Below are positions 15,063 to 29,437 of a DNA stretch of 64,000 nt, one piece after another. The stretch is from Octopus vulgaris. Taxonomy: Eukaryota. The notes beneath the pieces were generated by a model. It ran no database searches, had not been told where the DNA came from, and worked only from the letters and a program-made list of their open reading frames with translations. The stretch is taken from the NCBI GenBank assembly GCA_951406725.2, contig OX597840.1, positions 9,672,001-9,736,000 on the forward strand, in the 5' to 3' direction. A program made the translations under genes and the position numbers. Every line of letters starts with the position of its first letter. The first letter of the stretch is position 1.

Positions 15063-15827
15063 TACATTCATATTTTTAGGTGAAACTAACATCAGAAGCT
15101 GTAGGAGCTACTCAGAGATTTTGCTAGCTTTTTTAAATCTATTGCAATGTTGAGAGCCCTTCGTCAGCAGTTATCCCAGGTTCATAGACATTTCGCTCCT
15201 TAGTCCGTACACTTCGCTTACCTGAAGCAGTGAGGTTGGAACGAGTCTTGACCTACTGAATGGTTTCACTGATGGTTACTTACCATCTGTGCATACATAC
15301 ACACCAACAGACATACTAACATATATTCATACACATACACACACATGCATAGACACATACATACGCACACTCATACACACAGATACACATACATACACAC
15401 ACGCACACTTTCTGTCTTTACTGCAAAATACTCAATCAATAAACTCAAGTTTAAGTATAAGTTCGATTACTTTGGCGAGTGTATAGATGTGTGCGTAGGC
15501 GCGCGTGTGTGTATGCGCGCATGTGTGTATATGTGTGTATGCGTAGGAAGCTAACTGTTACATGTATATACATGCCTCTATATACATATATATATAGAGA
15601 GAAATACGTATAGATGTATATATATATATATATTTATGTATATATGTATGTATGTGTGTGTATATATATGTATGTGTGTGTGTTTATAAATGTATATATA
15701 TATGTCTGTGTGTATATGTATGTATATATATATATGTATGTATGTGTATATATATATATATATGTGTGTATGTGTGTATGTATGTATGTATGTATGTGTA
15801 TACATATATATATGTCTGTGTTTATAA

Positions 15828-15864
<37 letters not shown>

Positions 15865-15956
15865 TGTGTGTATATGTATGTATATATATGTATGTATGTG
15901 TATATATATGTATATATATATGTATATATATATATATGTCTGTGTGTATATGTATG

Positions 15957-15999
<43 letters not shown>

Positions 16000-16149
16000 A
16001 TATATATATGTGTATATATATGTGTGTGTGTATTATGTATGTGTGTGTGCGTTTGTATTTATATGTAGGCACACACAACAAACACATAACACACACACAC
16101 ACGCATACACACACACACACACACACCGTCCGTTGATTCCTGTCAGTCA

Positions 16150-16185
<36 letters not shown>

Positions 16186-16509
16186 TACACACACACACAC
16201 AGACGCATGCATACACGCAAACATTGAACAGAAGTGAGAGATGTCGGGCAGACGTTCAACTGCTGCGCCGATGCCAACACGTGATGTACTGAGTAAAGTG
16301 TTTGGGAATCGATGACCGGCCGCCAGCAGCAACGTCTGCACACATGCACACTGCAGTGCTGAGAGACCGGTGCACATTGACTGTTTCAGCAGCCTCATCT
16401 GCTCTCTGCACTGCACTCATACATACATCTCTTGCAGTAACTTGCATCACACTGCATCATTCTGCAAAAAAAAGACGCCTCAGCCGACAAACCTACCTAA
16501 CAAACCAAC

Positions 16510-18230
16510 CATACATACAGACAGACAGACATACATACATACACACATACATACATACACACATACATACATACAGACAGACATACATACATATATACAT
16601 ACATACATGCAAACATACATACATACATACATACACACATACATACATACATACATACATACATACATACATACATACATACACACATACATACATACAT
16701 ACACACATACATACATACATACATACATACATACATACATACACACATACATACATACATACATATATACATACATACATACATACATACATACATACGT
16801 ACGTACGTACATATATACATACATACATACATACATACGTACGTACGTACATATATACATACATACATACATACATACATACATACACACATACATACAT
16901 ACAGACAGACATACATACATATATACATACATACATACACATACATACATACATACACACATACATACATACATACATACATACATACATACATACATAC
17001 ATACATACATACGTACGTACGTACATATATACATACATACATACATACATACGTACGTACGTACATATATACATACATACATACATACATACATACGTAC
17101 GTACGTACATATATACATACATACATACATACATACATACATACACACATACATACATACAGACAGACATACATACATATATACATACATACATACACAC
17201 ATACATACATACATACACACATACATACATACATACATACATACATACATACATACATACATACATACGTACGTACGTACATATATACATACATACATAC
17301 ATACATACGTACGTACGTACATATATACATACATACATACATACATACGTACGTACGTACATATATACATACATACATACATACATACGTACGTACGTAC
17401 ATATATACATACATACATACATACATACGTACGTACGTACATATATACATACATACATACATACATACATACATACACACATACATACATACAGACAGAC
17501 ATACATACATATATACATACATACATACACACATACATACATACATACACACATACATACATACATACATACATACATACATACATACATACATACATAC
17601 ATACGTACGTACGTACATATATACATACATACATACATACATACGTACGTACGTACATATATACATACATACATACATACATACGTACGTACGTACATAT
17701 ATACATACATACATACATACATACGTACGTACGTACATATATACATACATACATACATACATACGTACGTACGTACATATATACATACATACATACATAC
17801 ATACGTACGTACGTACATATATACATACATACATACATACATACGTACGTACGTACATATATACATACATACATACATACATACGTACGTACGTACATAT
17901 ATACATACATACATACATACATACGTACGTACGTACATATATACATACATACATACATACATACGTACGTACGTACATATATACATACATACATACATAC
18001 ATACGTACGTACGTACATATATACATACATACATACATACATACATACGTACGTACGTACATATATACATACATACATACACACATACATACATACATAC
18101 ACACATACATACATACACACATACATACATACATACATACATACATACATACATACATACATACATACATACATACATACGTACGTACGTACATATATAC
18201 ATACATACATACATACATACATACATTCAT
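16510..18230. repeat. (TACA)n array with 40-bp higher-order unit
   Basis: Unit ATATATACATACATACATACATACATACGTACGTACGTAC repeats with exact 40-bp period over ~17250-17440 and ~17600-18030. Confidence 0.95.
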
Positions 18231-18330
18231 ACATTTCGAGTATATTTTTTTTATTTTTCATATTTTAAAATATATATACATATATATAGATGTATATGTG
18301 TATATGTATATATATATATGTGTGTGTGTG

Positions 18331-18362
<32 letters not shown>

Positions 18363-18364
18363 TA

Positions 18365-18427
<63 letters not shown>

Positions 18428-18441
18428 TATATATATATATA

Positions 18442-18657
18442 AAGTCGGTTAGCTGGCAGAATCGTTAGCACGCCGGACGAAATGCTTAGCAGTATTTCGT
18501 CTGCCGCTACGTTCTGAGTTCAAATTCCGCCGAGGTTCACTTTGCCTTACACCCTTTCGGGGTCGATAAATTAACTATCAGTTGCGTACTGGGGTCGATC
18601 TAATCGACTAAACTCCTCCCCCAAAATTTCGGGCCATGTGTCTAAAGCAGAAAAGAA
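18442..18657 (+). mobile_element. SINE family B, variant 3' tail
   Basis: CTGGCAGAATCGTTAG head, GAGTTCAAATTCC B-box, CCTTTCGGGGTCGATAAATTAA core. Confidence 0.85.
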
Positions 18658-18666
18658 TATATATAT

Positions 18667-18719
<53 letters not shown>

Positions 18720-19235
18720 CATGTGTGTGTGGATGTGTGTGTGTGTGTGTGTGTGTCCCTCACCACCGCTTAACAACCGGTGCTGGTGTGTTTACGTCAC
18801 CGTTAGCTAACTATTCGGCAAAGGACCCGTGGAATAAATACCAATCTTCAAAAATAAGTGGTCCATTCCTTCGATAAAGAATTCTCCAAAGCGGTGCTGC
18901 AGCAAACATATACCTATGCAGTGTGTGTAACAAAACGTCAGCCGGTAATGAGTAGACCCAGGGTTATACAGCTGTATTTTCGTCCGTATATACGGACGTA
19001 TCTGAATGCCATGCCATGGGTTTTATCCTATCCTGCCTTGTCTTGGGTCCTGTCTTTCTCTGCCAAGTGTTCCGAAATTACGTGGATATACGATTGGCAG
19101 CTAATGAGAGAAGCTCTTTATTTATGTTCTATGTATTTTTGTTCTCTTGTTAATGTTTCTATTCTTTGTCGCTGTCCTGCGCGATTTGTTATACTTCTAT
19201 AAGGCAGACCATCTGTGTGACTCACTCTCTTCCTC

Positions 19236-19290
<55 letters not shown>

Positions 19291-19384
19291 GTATGTATAC
19301 ATATATATACACACACATGTATAGATACATATATATATATATATATACTTATATATGCATATATATATACATATATACATACAG

Positions 19385-19459
<75 letters not shown>

Positions 19460-19561
19460 CATATATACATATAGATGTATATTATACTTTATATATACGG
19501 TTTGTACGCACACACATACATACGCCTATATATACTAGTAAAATTAAAAAGAGACAAGAGG

Positions 19562-19623
<62 letters not shown>

Positions 19624-20146
19624 GTATGTATACATATATATTTACACATACGTATTTTCACATACACACATACACACATACACACATACACCCACACACA
19701 CTTATATATTCATATTTAATATAACAAGGCAAAGAGCAAAAAAACTGTTTTAATAAGAAAAGTCAATTTAGCTTTTGTTCACTTTTATTCATGGGGAAAG
19801 TCACACACACACACACAACGACAACAACAACAGCAACAACAACAAAAAAATTGTTATGTAAACCACATTAGACGCGAAGAAAGCTTTCACTAGAATGAAA
19901 CGGCTTCAAAGCCGCGAATCAACATATTTTTGTAGTGTTAAATATTTATCTTTAATATATAACAACCAAAATATTTTCATCAAATGTTTTCAAGTAGGTT
20001 AACTCTCACAATACAACGGAGCTTATTTACTTTTCTAGAACATTTTGTGTGATTTTGCTCAAAAGAAATGAACAGAAAATTGACCACGTTTATTAAAATC
20101 GTTGATCACTTTCGGCCATGAAGCAACTATTATATTTAACTTCTTT

Positions 20147-20370
20147 AAGGCGGCGAGCTGGCAGAAACGTTAGCACCCCGGGCGAAATGCTGAGCGGTAT
20201 TTCGTCTGACGCTACGTTCTGAGTTCAAATTCCGCCGAGGTAGACTTTCGGTGTCGATAAATAAAGTACCAGTTTCGCACTGGGGTCGATGTAATCGACT
20301 TAATCCCTTTGTTTGTCCTTGTTTGTTACCTCTATGTTTAGCCCCTTGTGGTTAGTAAAGAAATAGGTAT
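20147..20370 (+). mobile_element. SINE family B monomer with TSD
   Basis: Full head and body; TATTTAACTTCTT on both sides. Confidence 0.9.
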
Positions 20371-20916
20371 TTAACTTCTTCGTTTTCGTTCGTCTCTTCA
20401 TACAAGAAAGATTGAATCTATCTGCAGTTATCTATCCTATCTTATACATCTTATACATGTTTCGGTCATTGGACTGCGGCCATGCTGGGGTACCGCTTTG
20501 GAGGGTTTAGAGACGAACAAATCGACATCAACACGTTTTAAAACCTGGTACTTATTCGATATGTCATTTTTGACCAACCGCTGAGTTACGGGGACGTAAA
20601 CAAATGAACACCGGTTGTCCAAGCGAGGAGGAGGCTAAAACCCTAGCTCACACACACACACACAAACACAAACACTCACGTATTAAATATTAGCGACACA
20701 AGAAGTATTCGTCCTAAATGGCAATCCTTATACCCAACTTAACGTGGATATACTTTAAGAATGCCATAATACAAGGGTATTCAATGGGAGAAGTCCCCCA
20801 CATATAGACGTATATTGCTAAAAGCATAGAGGAACAGTAGCAGGCGTAAAATGGCTCCCACCGGCGGTGGAAATGTTATGTATGTATGTATGTATGTATG
20901 TATGTATGTATGTATG

Positions 20917-20977
<61 letters not shown>

Positions 20978-21159
20978 GTTTATCTATCTATCTGTATGTA
21001 TCTATCTATCTGTATGTATGTATCTATCTATCTGTTTATCTATCTATCTATATATCTGTCTGTCTGTCTGACTATCTATCCATCAGGCTAGATAGTTAGA
21101 TAGATAGATAGATAGATACATACATACATACATACATACATACATACATACATACATAC

Positions 21160-21246
<87 letters not shown>

Positions 21247-21778
21247 CAAAGGTTTTTTTTTCAGTTTCCGTTTATTAAACCCACTCGCTAGTATAGTATA
21301 AGACACCTGTCCAAGGTGCTGCACAGTGGGACTGAACTCGGGATTATACGGTTGCAAAGCGGGCTTCTTAACTACACAACCATACTGCAAAGTATCACAC
21401 CCGGCCCTCTTGCGAGTCCACCAATCCACCTCCTTATAGAGGTACATTTTTTATCGAACCCGAAAAGATGAAAGGCAAAGTCGACCTCAGAATGCAGAGA
21501 ACGAGAACTGTATGTAACTCTCTAACCACTTTCATAATTCACCGTCTTCAGCCAAATTCATGGAACTGGTGATGTTCCAAGCGGAAAATAACTTGCCAAA
21601 TGATAAACCATCATGGCGTCCGTTCAGAGATGACAGCTGCAGTAATATGGCGGCAAGCTGATAACGTAGCTTCTCAACCAATCAAATGTAAAAATGGCTT
21701 CACTTGGACTTTATAAACGATTTTGACAAAGTTGGTCATTAAATAACGTGCCATAATTTTCCTGTCCTCAGCATAGAA

Positions 21779-22236
21779 AGGCGCAGGAGTGGCTGTGTGG
21801 TAAGTAGCTTGCTTACCAACCACATGGTTCCGGGTTCAGTCCCACTGCGTGGCACCTTGGGCAAGTGTCTTCTACTATAGCCTCGGGCCGACCTAAGCCT
21901 TGTGAGTGGATTTGGCAGACGGAAACTGAAAGAAGCCCGTCGTATATATGTATATAATATATATGTGTGTGTGTATGTGTGTGTGTGTGTGTGTGTCTGT
22001 GTGTGTTTCTGTGTGTGTGTGTGTATATGTATTTATGTATGTATTTATGTATGTATGTATATATGTATGCATGTATATGTTTGTGTGTCTGTGTTTGTCC
22101 CCCAACATCGCTTGACAACCGATGCTGGTGTGTTTACGTCCCCGTCACTTAGCGGTTCGGCAAAAGAGACCGATAGAATAAGTACTAGGCGTGCTCCAGC
22201 ATGGCCGCAGTCAAACAACTGAAACAAGTAAAGAGT
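21779..22236 (+). mobile_element. SINE family A with internal deletion near 3' end
   Basis: Consensus match; GGC microhomology jump at ~22190. Confidence 0.9.
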
Positions 22237-22297
22237 ATAGAAAGTACTCGTATGACTCCTTAAAAACTATGAATCCCTTTTTTTAGATGTCAGTTTT

Positions 22298-22515
22298 TCA
22301 AAGGGTGGTTGAGGTCATTGCCGTTTGAAAGAGACCCTCGCTGTCTGATCCTCCATTGTTGAAACGGTCTCTCTTAAGACTCAGATTAGATGAATATTCG
22401 TCGAAGGACCTTGAATTCAATGAAGTAAATTTTGTAACACTTCTAACACTTCCAAGCAATAAAGTCCCTAAGGCCTTAAGTTGTGAGGCACCTGCTGAGC
22501 TCCAAGGTCTCTCGT
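22298..22515 (-). CDS. Candidate terminal coding exon (phase-1 start; (D)ERPWSSAGASQLKALGTLLLGSVRSVTKFTSLNSRSFDEYSSNLSLKRDRFNNGGSDSEGLFQTAMTSTTL*)
   Basis: Unique non-repetitive island with acceptor ttcgttcttaaatttcacAG at 22516-22517 and an open frame to TGA. The Ser/Thr-rich composition resembles a cytoplasmic tail. No homology recognised. Confidence 0.42.
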
Positions 22516-22654
22516 CTGTGAAATTTAAGAACGAAATTGCGTGGAAAGCTGGAATTTTTAATGAGTAATGGCGCTTCGGATCGTGGATGTACAAGAACGG
22601 CGAAAATAACTTAAGTTATACATGAGTACACTTGACAGATGACTAAATATGAAT

Positions 22655-22930
<276 letters not shown>

Positions 22931-23189
22931 TAGACACACGGCGAGTGAGAGACACAGAAACACACATAGACACATAGACACACATTGCTGCAATGTAATT
23001 ACGTATGGAGACTTGACGTAGAAAAACAATGTCATTCCGTCCTCCAAATTATATTGGTCATTCGCTGTACATGACACATCGTATTAGAACAGGGTGTGTG
23101 CATTAAAACACACATAAATACAACTATATATATACACACACGCACACACACACAAACACACACGTATACACATATATGTATACATAGGC

Positions 23190-23540
23190 ACAGGCGTGGC
23201 TGTGTGGTAAGAAGCTTGCTTCCCAACCGCATGGTTCCGGGTTCAGTCCCACTGCATGGCACCTTGGGCAAGTGTCCTTTACTATAGCCCTGGGCTTACC
23301 AAAGTCTTGTGAGTAGATTTGGTTGACAGAAATTCAAAGAATGTATATGTGTGTGTGTGTGTCTATTATATATGCATCTATATGTGTATATATTCTTTTA
23401 TTCTTTTACTTGTTTCAGTCATTGACTGCGGCCATGCTAGAGCACGGTTTTTAGAGGAACAAATCAACCCCAGGATTTATTCTTTGTAAGCCTAGCATTT
23501 ATCCTATCAGTTCTTTTGCCGAACCGCTAAGTTTCGGGGA
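23190..23540. mobile_element. Two diverged SINE A fragments (head + strand 23190-23340; tail - strand 23400-23540)
   Basis: Partial consensus matches. Confidence 0.75.
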
Positions 23541-23570
23541 AAATATATATATATAGGTGGGTTTCTTTAC

Positions 23571-23800
<230 letters not shown>

Positions 23801-23931
23801 TGATGAGAGGTCATTTCTCTGTGCTTACCTGTCCTGTTTTCCATGTTTTTCTCTCGTTGTTTACGTAATTAACTCGTTTGTCTACGCATTTCATGCTGTT
23901 TACACAGTTGCTGACGTCCTGTACCCACCCA

Positions 23932-24000
<69 letters not shown>

Positions 24001-24344
24001 CCATGCTGTCAATAATGATGGTGGGTGTCGTACTAAACGTTGCGATAATTAACAACATTTTGGGTTGTATATATACAAATATTTGATTTTATACCAACTG
24101 GAGATATTTGTTGAAAAATGTACCTGATGGAAATTGCTAATGAGAGTATGGAGACGGATGTAAATAAAAATGTCGAAATAACAGGAAAAGAACAAAATGA
24201 TATTCATCCCTCCCCAAATATTATACAGGTTTGATTACTTTTAATAATTAGAATATGTTGTAATCAATTCGTTATTCTATATTATGTTATTTTCTATAAT
24301 AAATGTTCTGTTTAATTTCACATATGTTGTACAAGCACATACTC

Positions 24345-24575
24345 GTTACTCTTTACTCGTTACTCTTTACTCTTTACTCTTTTACTCGTTTCAGTCATTT
24401 GACCGTGGCCATGCTGGAGCACCGCCTTTAGTCGAGCAAATCGACCCCAGGACTTATTCTTTGTAAGCCTAGTACTTATTCTGTCGGGCTCTTTTGTCGA
24501 ACCGCTAAGTTACGGTGGCGTAAACACACCAGCATCGGTTGTCAAGCAATGGTGTGGGGTACAAACACAGACACA

Positions 24576-24669
<94 letters not shown>

Positions 24670-24685
24670 TACGATGGGCTGTTTA
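24345..24685 (-). mobile_element. SINE family A lacking head, with repeated ACTCTTT tail units
   Basis: Consensus match. Confidence 0.85.
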
Positions 24686-25394
24686 CAGGTCATAACCATC
24701 TCACGGACCTGCGCTCATGTGGAGCACTTGGCGCTCCGATTGTTTTGAAAACAAAGCGCTCTGGATTATGAAAAGGATATCTTTCGTGCGTGACTGGTCA
24801 TGCAAAACTTTGAAACGTAGAAGGTTATGTAAGTGTATACACGTGGAAGGTTATGTAAGTATATACACATGAAACGTGGAAGGTTATGTAAGTATATACA
24901 GGCGCATTCTTACTGTATTTTTTTCAGCCCTAGGTCTCATAAGGCTCGTTCTTGGTTTCCATGTCGTATAAGCGATCGAGATCTAAAAATTCTCCTCACC
25001 GGGACCCCAGTTCGTTGCAGGATTCAGGGCCAACAATTTTGAGGGGACAGGACGAGCGAAATACATCGACCCGAATATTTGACTGGTATTTTATTCTGCC
25101 AACCCCGAAAGGATGAAAAGCAGAGTGGGCCTCGGCGGGATTTCAAACGCAGAACGTAACGAGAGAGAAGAAACGTCGCGAAGGTTTTTATCCGATGTAC
25201 CAAAGATCCTCCCAGCTCTCCACCTACACAAATATAACCATTTTATTTATTTATCTATTTATTTATTTATTTATAAGTGCATGGAATCATCCGTCACTGA
25301 CGAACAGTTATGGTTTTTGTAATATGTACCGTTCTTTCTCTAATTGTTTTAGGTCCTTGTGTAGTCGCCTGCAGATACACACACTCACACACAG

Positions 25395-25679
25395 TGTGGA
25401 GGCACGTGGACTAATGGTTAGAGCAGCGGACTCACAGTCGAGGGATCGCGGGTTCGAATCTCAGACCGGGCGAGGTGTATATTTATGAGCGAAAACACAT
25501 AAGCTCCACGCAGCTCCGGCAGAAGGTCATGGCGAAACGTCTGCTGACTCTTTTGCTACAACTTTCTCTCACTCTTTCCTCCTGCATCTTGTTGCTCACC
25601 TGCGACGGACCGGCGTTCCGTCCAGGTGGGGAACCTACACGCCAAGATACCGGGAAGGCATGGCTCGAGAAGGAACAAA

Positions 25680-25680
<1 letters not shown>
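25395..25680 (+). mobile_element. SINE family C/D, tail type 4 (CCTGCGACGGACCGGCGT..CCGTCCAGG)
   Basis: tRNA head GGTTCGAATCTC; homologous to 27297-27597 and 31755-32040. Confidence 0.85.
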
Positions 25681-25764
<84 letters not shown>

Positions 25765-25900
25765 TCTCTCACTCTCTCTCTCTCTCACTCTCTCTTTCCT
25801 AACTTTCCAGCTCTTTCATTTAATAGTTCTACCGGCAATCTCTTATCCACCATTGCCACCTTGAGTTGGTTTCATCTGACATGCCTATCTAAATAAAAGG

Positions 25901-26093
25901 AATAAAAGGAATGGAAGGGGTAGTCGAGCACTACATTTGTTTCGAAAGCACACCGACTGCATCTTACACAACATTACGAATGCATCATAACAGTCCGGTG
26001 TACCACTTTCAACTGAACAATCGAATGTACCTGCCCCCGGTGAGCTCTTTAAAACAGCTGTAGTACCCGACTATCTCTTCCATTCCTTTTATT
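25901..26093. mobile_element. MITE with ~55-bp imperfect TIRs
   Basis: AATAAAAGGAATGGAAGGGGTAGTCGAGCACTACA... versus ...TGTAGTACCCGACTATCTCTTCCATTCCTTTTATT. Confidence 0.7.
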
Positions 26094-26518
26094 TACAGAT
26101 TTGATTATCACATTATCACGAACATTTGTGGCTTTCGAAATGGAGTTGTAGAGCGCCTGTCATCGGAAATTTCTGTCTAATCTCGATATGGGGCAAACTG
26201 TATTTGATGCATTGATTAATAAATTTTATTGATCAATTATCGAGTCATCCGTGTTTTCTATACGAGCCGTGTTTATGCTCGAGACGAAGCAACTGCTTTT
26301 ACCAACATCACATGACTGATCTTTATGCGTGCGTGTGTGTGTGTGTGTGTGTATGTGTGTGTGTATGTGTGTGTATGTATGTGTGTGTATGTATGTACGT
26401 ATGTATAAATCAATAAATAGATATAGATGAACATATAAATCAATGAATAGATATGTACGCATGTGTGTCTCTCTATATATATATGTATATATGTATATAT
26501 ATGATTATATATATATGA

Positions 26519-26556
<38 letters not shown>

Positions 26557-26900
26557 TACATATACATATATATATATACACACACACGTACATATCTATT
26601 CATGAGAATATATATGTGTGTGTGTATGTGTGTGTGTATTTGTGTGTATGTATGAGTGTGTACATATATACATATACATAAATGAATGTATACATATGTA
26701 TGTATATACACACCCGCACAACAGCATAAAATCATTTATGTATATATTCACCCCAATAACATGGAGTAAATGAAACGTACACACACACATTTTGCTACAC
26801 GGTCTACAATAGACACGTGGTTCGAATCCTGCAAGTGCTCTTATTAATTTTATTCTATCTTCATCATAAATATTATTAAATATACATACACACATATATC

Positions 26901-27280
26901 GTGGCACTCCGTCGGTTGCGACGACGAGGGTTCCAGTTAATCCGATCAACGGAACAGCCTGCTCGTGAAATTAACGTGCAAGTGGCTGAGTACTCCACAG
27001 ACACGTGCACCCTTAACGTAGTTCTCGGGGATATTCAGCGTGACGCAGAGAGTGACAAGGCCGGCCCTTTGAAATAGAGGTACAGCAGAAACAGGAAGAA
27101 AGAGTGAGAGAAAGTTGTGGCGAAAGACTACAGCAGGGTTTTTCACCACTCGCTGCCGAAGCCTCATGGAGCTTTAAGTGTTTTCGCTCAATAAACACTC
27201 ACAACACCCGGTCTGGGAATCGAAACCGCGATCCTACGACCGCGAACCGCTCCCCTAACCACTGGGCCATTGCGCCTCCT
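26901..27280 (-). mobile_element. SINE family C, tail type 2
   Basis: Same head and body as the 7684 copy; different tail ending CAACCGACGGAGTGCCAC. Confidence 0.88.
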
Positions 27281-27296
27281 ACACACATATGTTGTT

Positions 27297-27597
27297 GTTT
27301 CCTCCTTCTCGAGCCATGCCTGGCTCATAAGGGCCGGTTTCCCGGTTTCTTGGCGTATAGGTTCCCCACCTGAACGGGACGCCGGTCCGTCGCAGGTGAG
27401 CTGCAAGATGCAGGAGGAAAGAGTGAGAGAAAGTTGTGGCGAAAGAGTCAGCAGAAGTTCGCCATTATCTTCTGCTGGAGCCGCGTGGAGCTTAGGTGCT
27501 TCGCTCATAAACACACACAACGCACGGTCTGAGATTTGAACCTGCAATCCCTCGACCGTGAGTTCGCTGCTCTAACCACTAGACCATGTGCCTCCAC
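27297..27597 (-). mobile_element. SINE family C/D, tail type 4
   Basis: Homologous to the 25395 and 31755 copies. Confidence 0.88.
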
Positions 27598-27630
27598 ACA
27601 CACACATATGTACACATACATATATACACG

Positions 27631-27686
<56 letters not shown>

Positions 27687-27737
27687 AATATTAAATTTCT
27701 AAATATCTCATAGAGATATGTACTGTGGTGGAGTGAT

Positions 27738-27906
27738 AGAGTAGTTGTATACTGTCAACTTAACGTGACAGTCCTGTAAGGAAATTACACCACCGCTGTT
27801 TAGCCCTAGGAAGCATCGACGCTTCCTGTCGGCCTTGACACATTTCCTGTGTCCTTATATATATATAAGGACACAGGACTGTCACGTTAAGTTGACAGTA
27901 TACAAT

Positions 27907-27912
<6 letters not shown>
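27738..27912. repeat. Nested inverted repeat / fold-back
   Basis: Arms 27738-27777 and 27873-27912; inner palindrome CCTGTGTCCTTATATATATATAAGGACACAGG at 27846-27877. Confidence 0.9.
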
Positions 27913-27980
<68 letters not shown>

Positions 27981-28092
27981 GTAAGAAGTGATAAAACTAC
28001 AGAAGGCTTGTTTTAAAAGCTTAAAAAATATATATTTGAGTCATTATGTCTGAAGAATGTTATAAATTTTTTCTTACAATGACATAGTTTAG

Positions 28093-28132
28093 AAGAAATG
28101 ACCGGTTTCGCGTTCAGCTTTTCAAATTTCTT
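28093..28132 (-). ncRNA. Degenerate hammerhead-like motif
   Basis: AAGAAAT-TTGAAAA-GC tgaac GC-GAAA-CCG-GTC-ATTTCTT: 7-bp stem I, palindromic ACCGGT stem III and GUC site, but the core is mutated. Confidence 0.4.
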
Positions 28133-28213
28133 ACATCGTTATGTTTACGTTGAGAAGAGTTATCGTTATGGTTATGCTGAGAAACCACGTGCTTTCACAC
28201 ATCAACTTTCTCA

Positions 28214-28270
<57 letters not shown>

Positions 28271-28273
<3 letters not shown>

Positions 28274-28530
28274 GGAGTAAACACATAAATGTGAAACAAG
28301 GTGGAAAAAAGAGTACTCAAATACCAGTGGTAGAGTAATATGCTTTATTTTAAGCAGCAGAAAATTCAACAAAATCTGTTACTCTGAGTTTCTCGTTGCC
28401 GTTCATCAGACAGTTTTTGCTAGAATGGAACCGATATATCGGTTCCATTCTAGCAAAAACTGTCTGATGAACGGCAACGAGAAACTCAGAGTAACAGATT
28501 TTGTTGAATTTTCTGCTGCTTAAAATAAAG
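28271..28530. mobile_element. Penelope-like fragment family P3 with 188-bp perfect palindrome (28343-28530)
   Basis: Exact reverse-complement symmetry around GATA|TATC (28436/28437); bounded by (TA)n. Confidence 0.8.
28451..28506 (+). ncRNA. Minimal type I hammerhead ribozyme motif (mirror copy on - strand at 28367-28422)
   Basis: Stem I TAGCAAAAaCTGT/ACAGaTTTTGTTG; CTGATGA (28464-28470); short stem II CG-gcaa-CG; GAAA; stem III ACTC-A-GAGT (quasi-palindromic, dimer-type); GUA site at 28491-28493. Confidence 0.7.
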
Positions 28531-28939
28531 TGTATATATATATATATATTCTTCCATGAATATCATCAAGTTACACCAAGTGAGGTCAAAACTTCTTAAC
28601 CAAAGTAATACATCAAAGATTTTTTAAAAAACTTTTATTTGGTCTTCGTAAACCAGAAAGCATGCGAGTGAGAGGTGTCATTCAGCTGACAAATTGTGTA
28701 TCGAAAAACGAGCCTTCACTTAATGAATTACTCATTTTAATTAAAACCAGTAACCTCATTAAATTAGGTACTTCAATTAAGACAAGTAACCTCATTAAAT
28801 AGTCGGCCTTCAACTCGGAATTATTCGGTTACTTCTCTCGCAAAACTCGAAAACCATTTGAAGTTAAGCAGTTGGCCATTAAACGGCATCGTCTGCGGTG
28901 GCACCAGCAATTATGGCAGGACAAAGATAACAATAACAT

Positions 28940-29023
28940 CAAGAAGAAGAAGGAGGAGGAGGAGAAGAAGAAGAAGAAGAAGAAGAAGAAGAAGAAGAAA
29001 AAGAAAAAGAAGAAAAGGAAGAA

Positions 29024-29095
<72 letters not shown>

Positions 29096-29304
29096 AAGAA
29101 GAAGGAGAAGAAGGTGAAGAAGAAGAAAGAAGAGAAAGAAGAAGAAGAAGAAAGAAGAAAAGGAAGAAGGAGAAGTAGAAGAAGAAGAAGAAGAAGAAGA
29201 AGAAGAAGAAGAAAAGAAGAAGAGGAAGAGAAAGAAGTAGAGAAAGAAGAAGAAGAAGAAAAAAAAAATAATAATAATAAGAAGAAGAAGAAGAATAATA
29301 ATAA

Positions 29305-29335
<31 letters not shown>

Positions 29336-29437
29336 AAGAAGAAGAAGAAGAAGAAGAAGAAGAAGAAGAAGAAGAAGAAGAAGAAGAAGAAGAAGAAGAA
29401 GAAGAAGAAGAAAAACAACAACAACAACAACAACAAC
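28940..29437. repeat. (GAA)n/(AAT)n/(AAC)n triplet compound repeat
   Basis: Direct reading. Confidence 0.97.

Noticed and set aside
16302-18452. Long ORFs (577-716 aa) on both strands
   Set aside because: Translations of the (TACA)n array, which lacks stops; no protein-like content.
22356-22568. Plus-strand 70-aa ORF after a tttttagATG acceptor-like site
   Set aside because: All three frames from the acceptor hit stops; the minus-strand reading is better supported.
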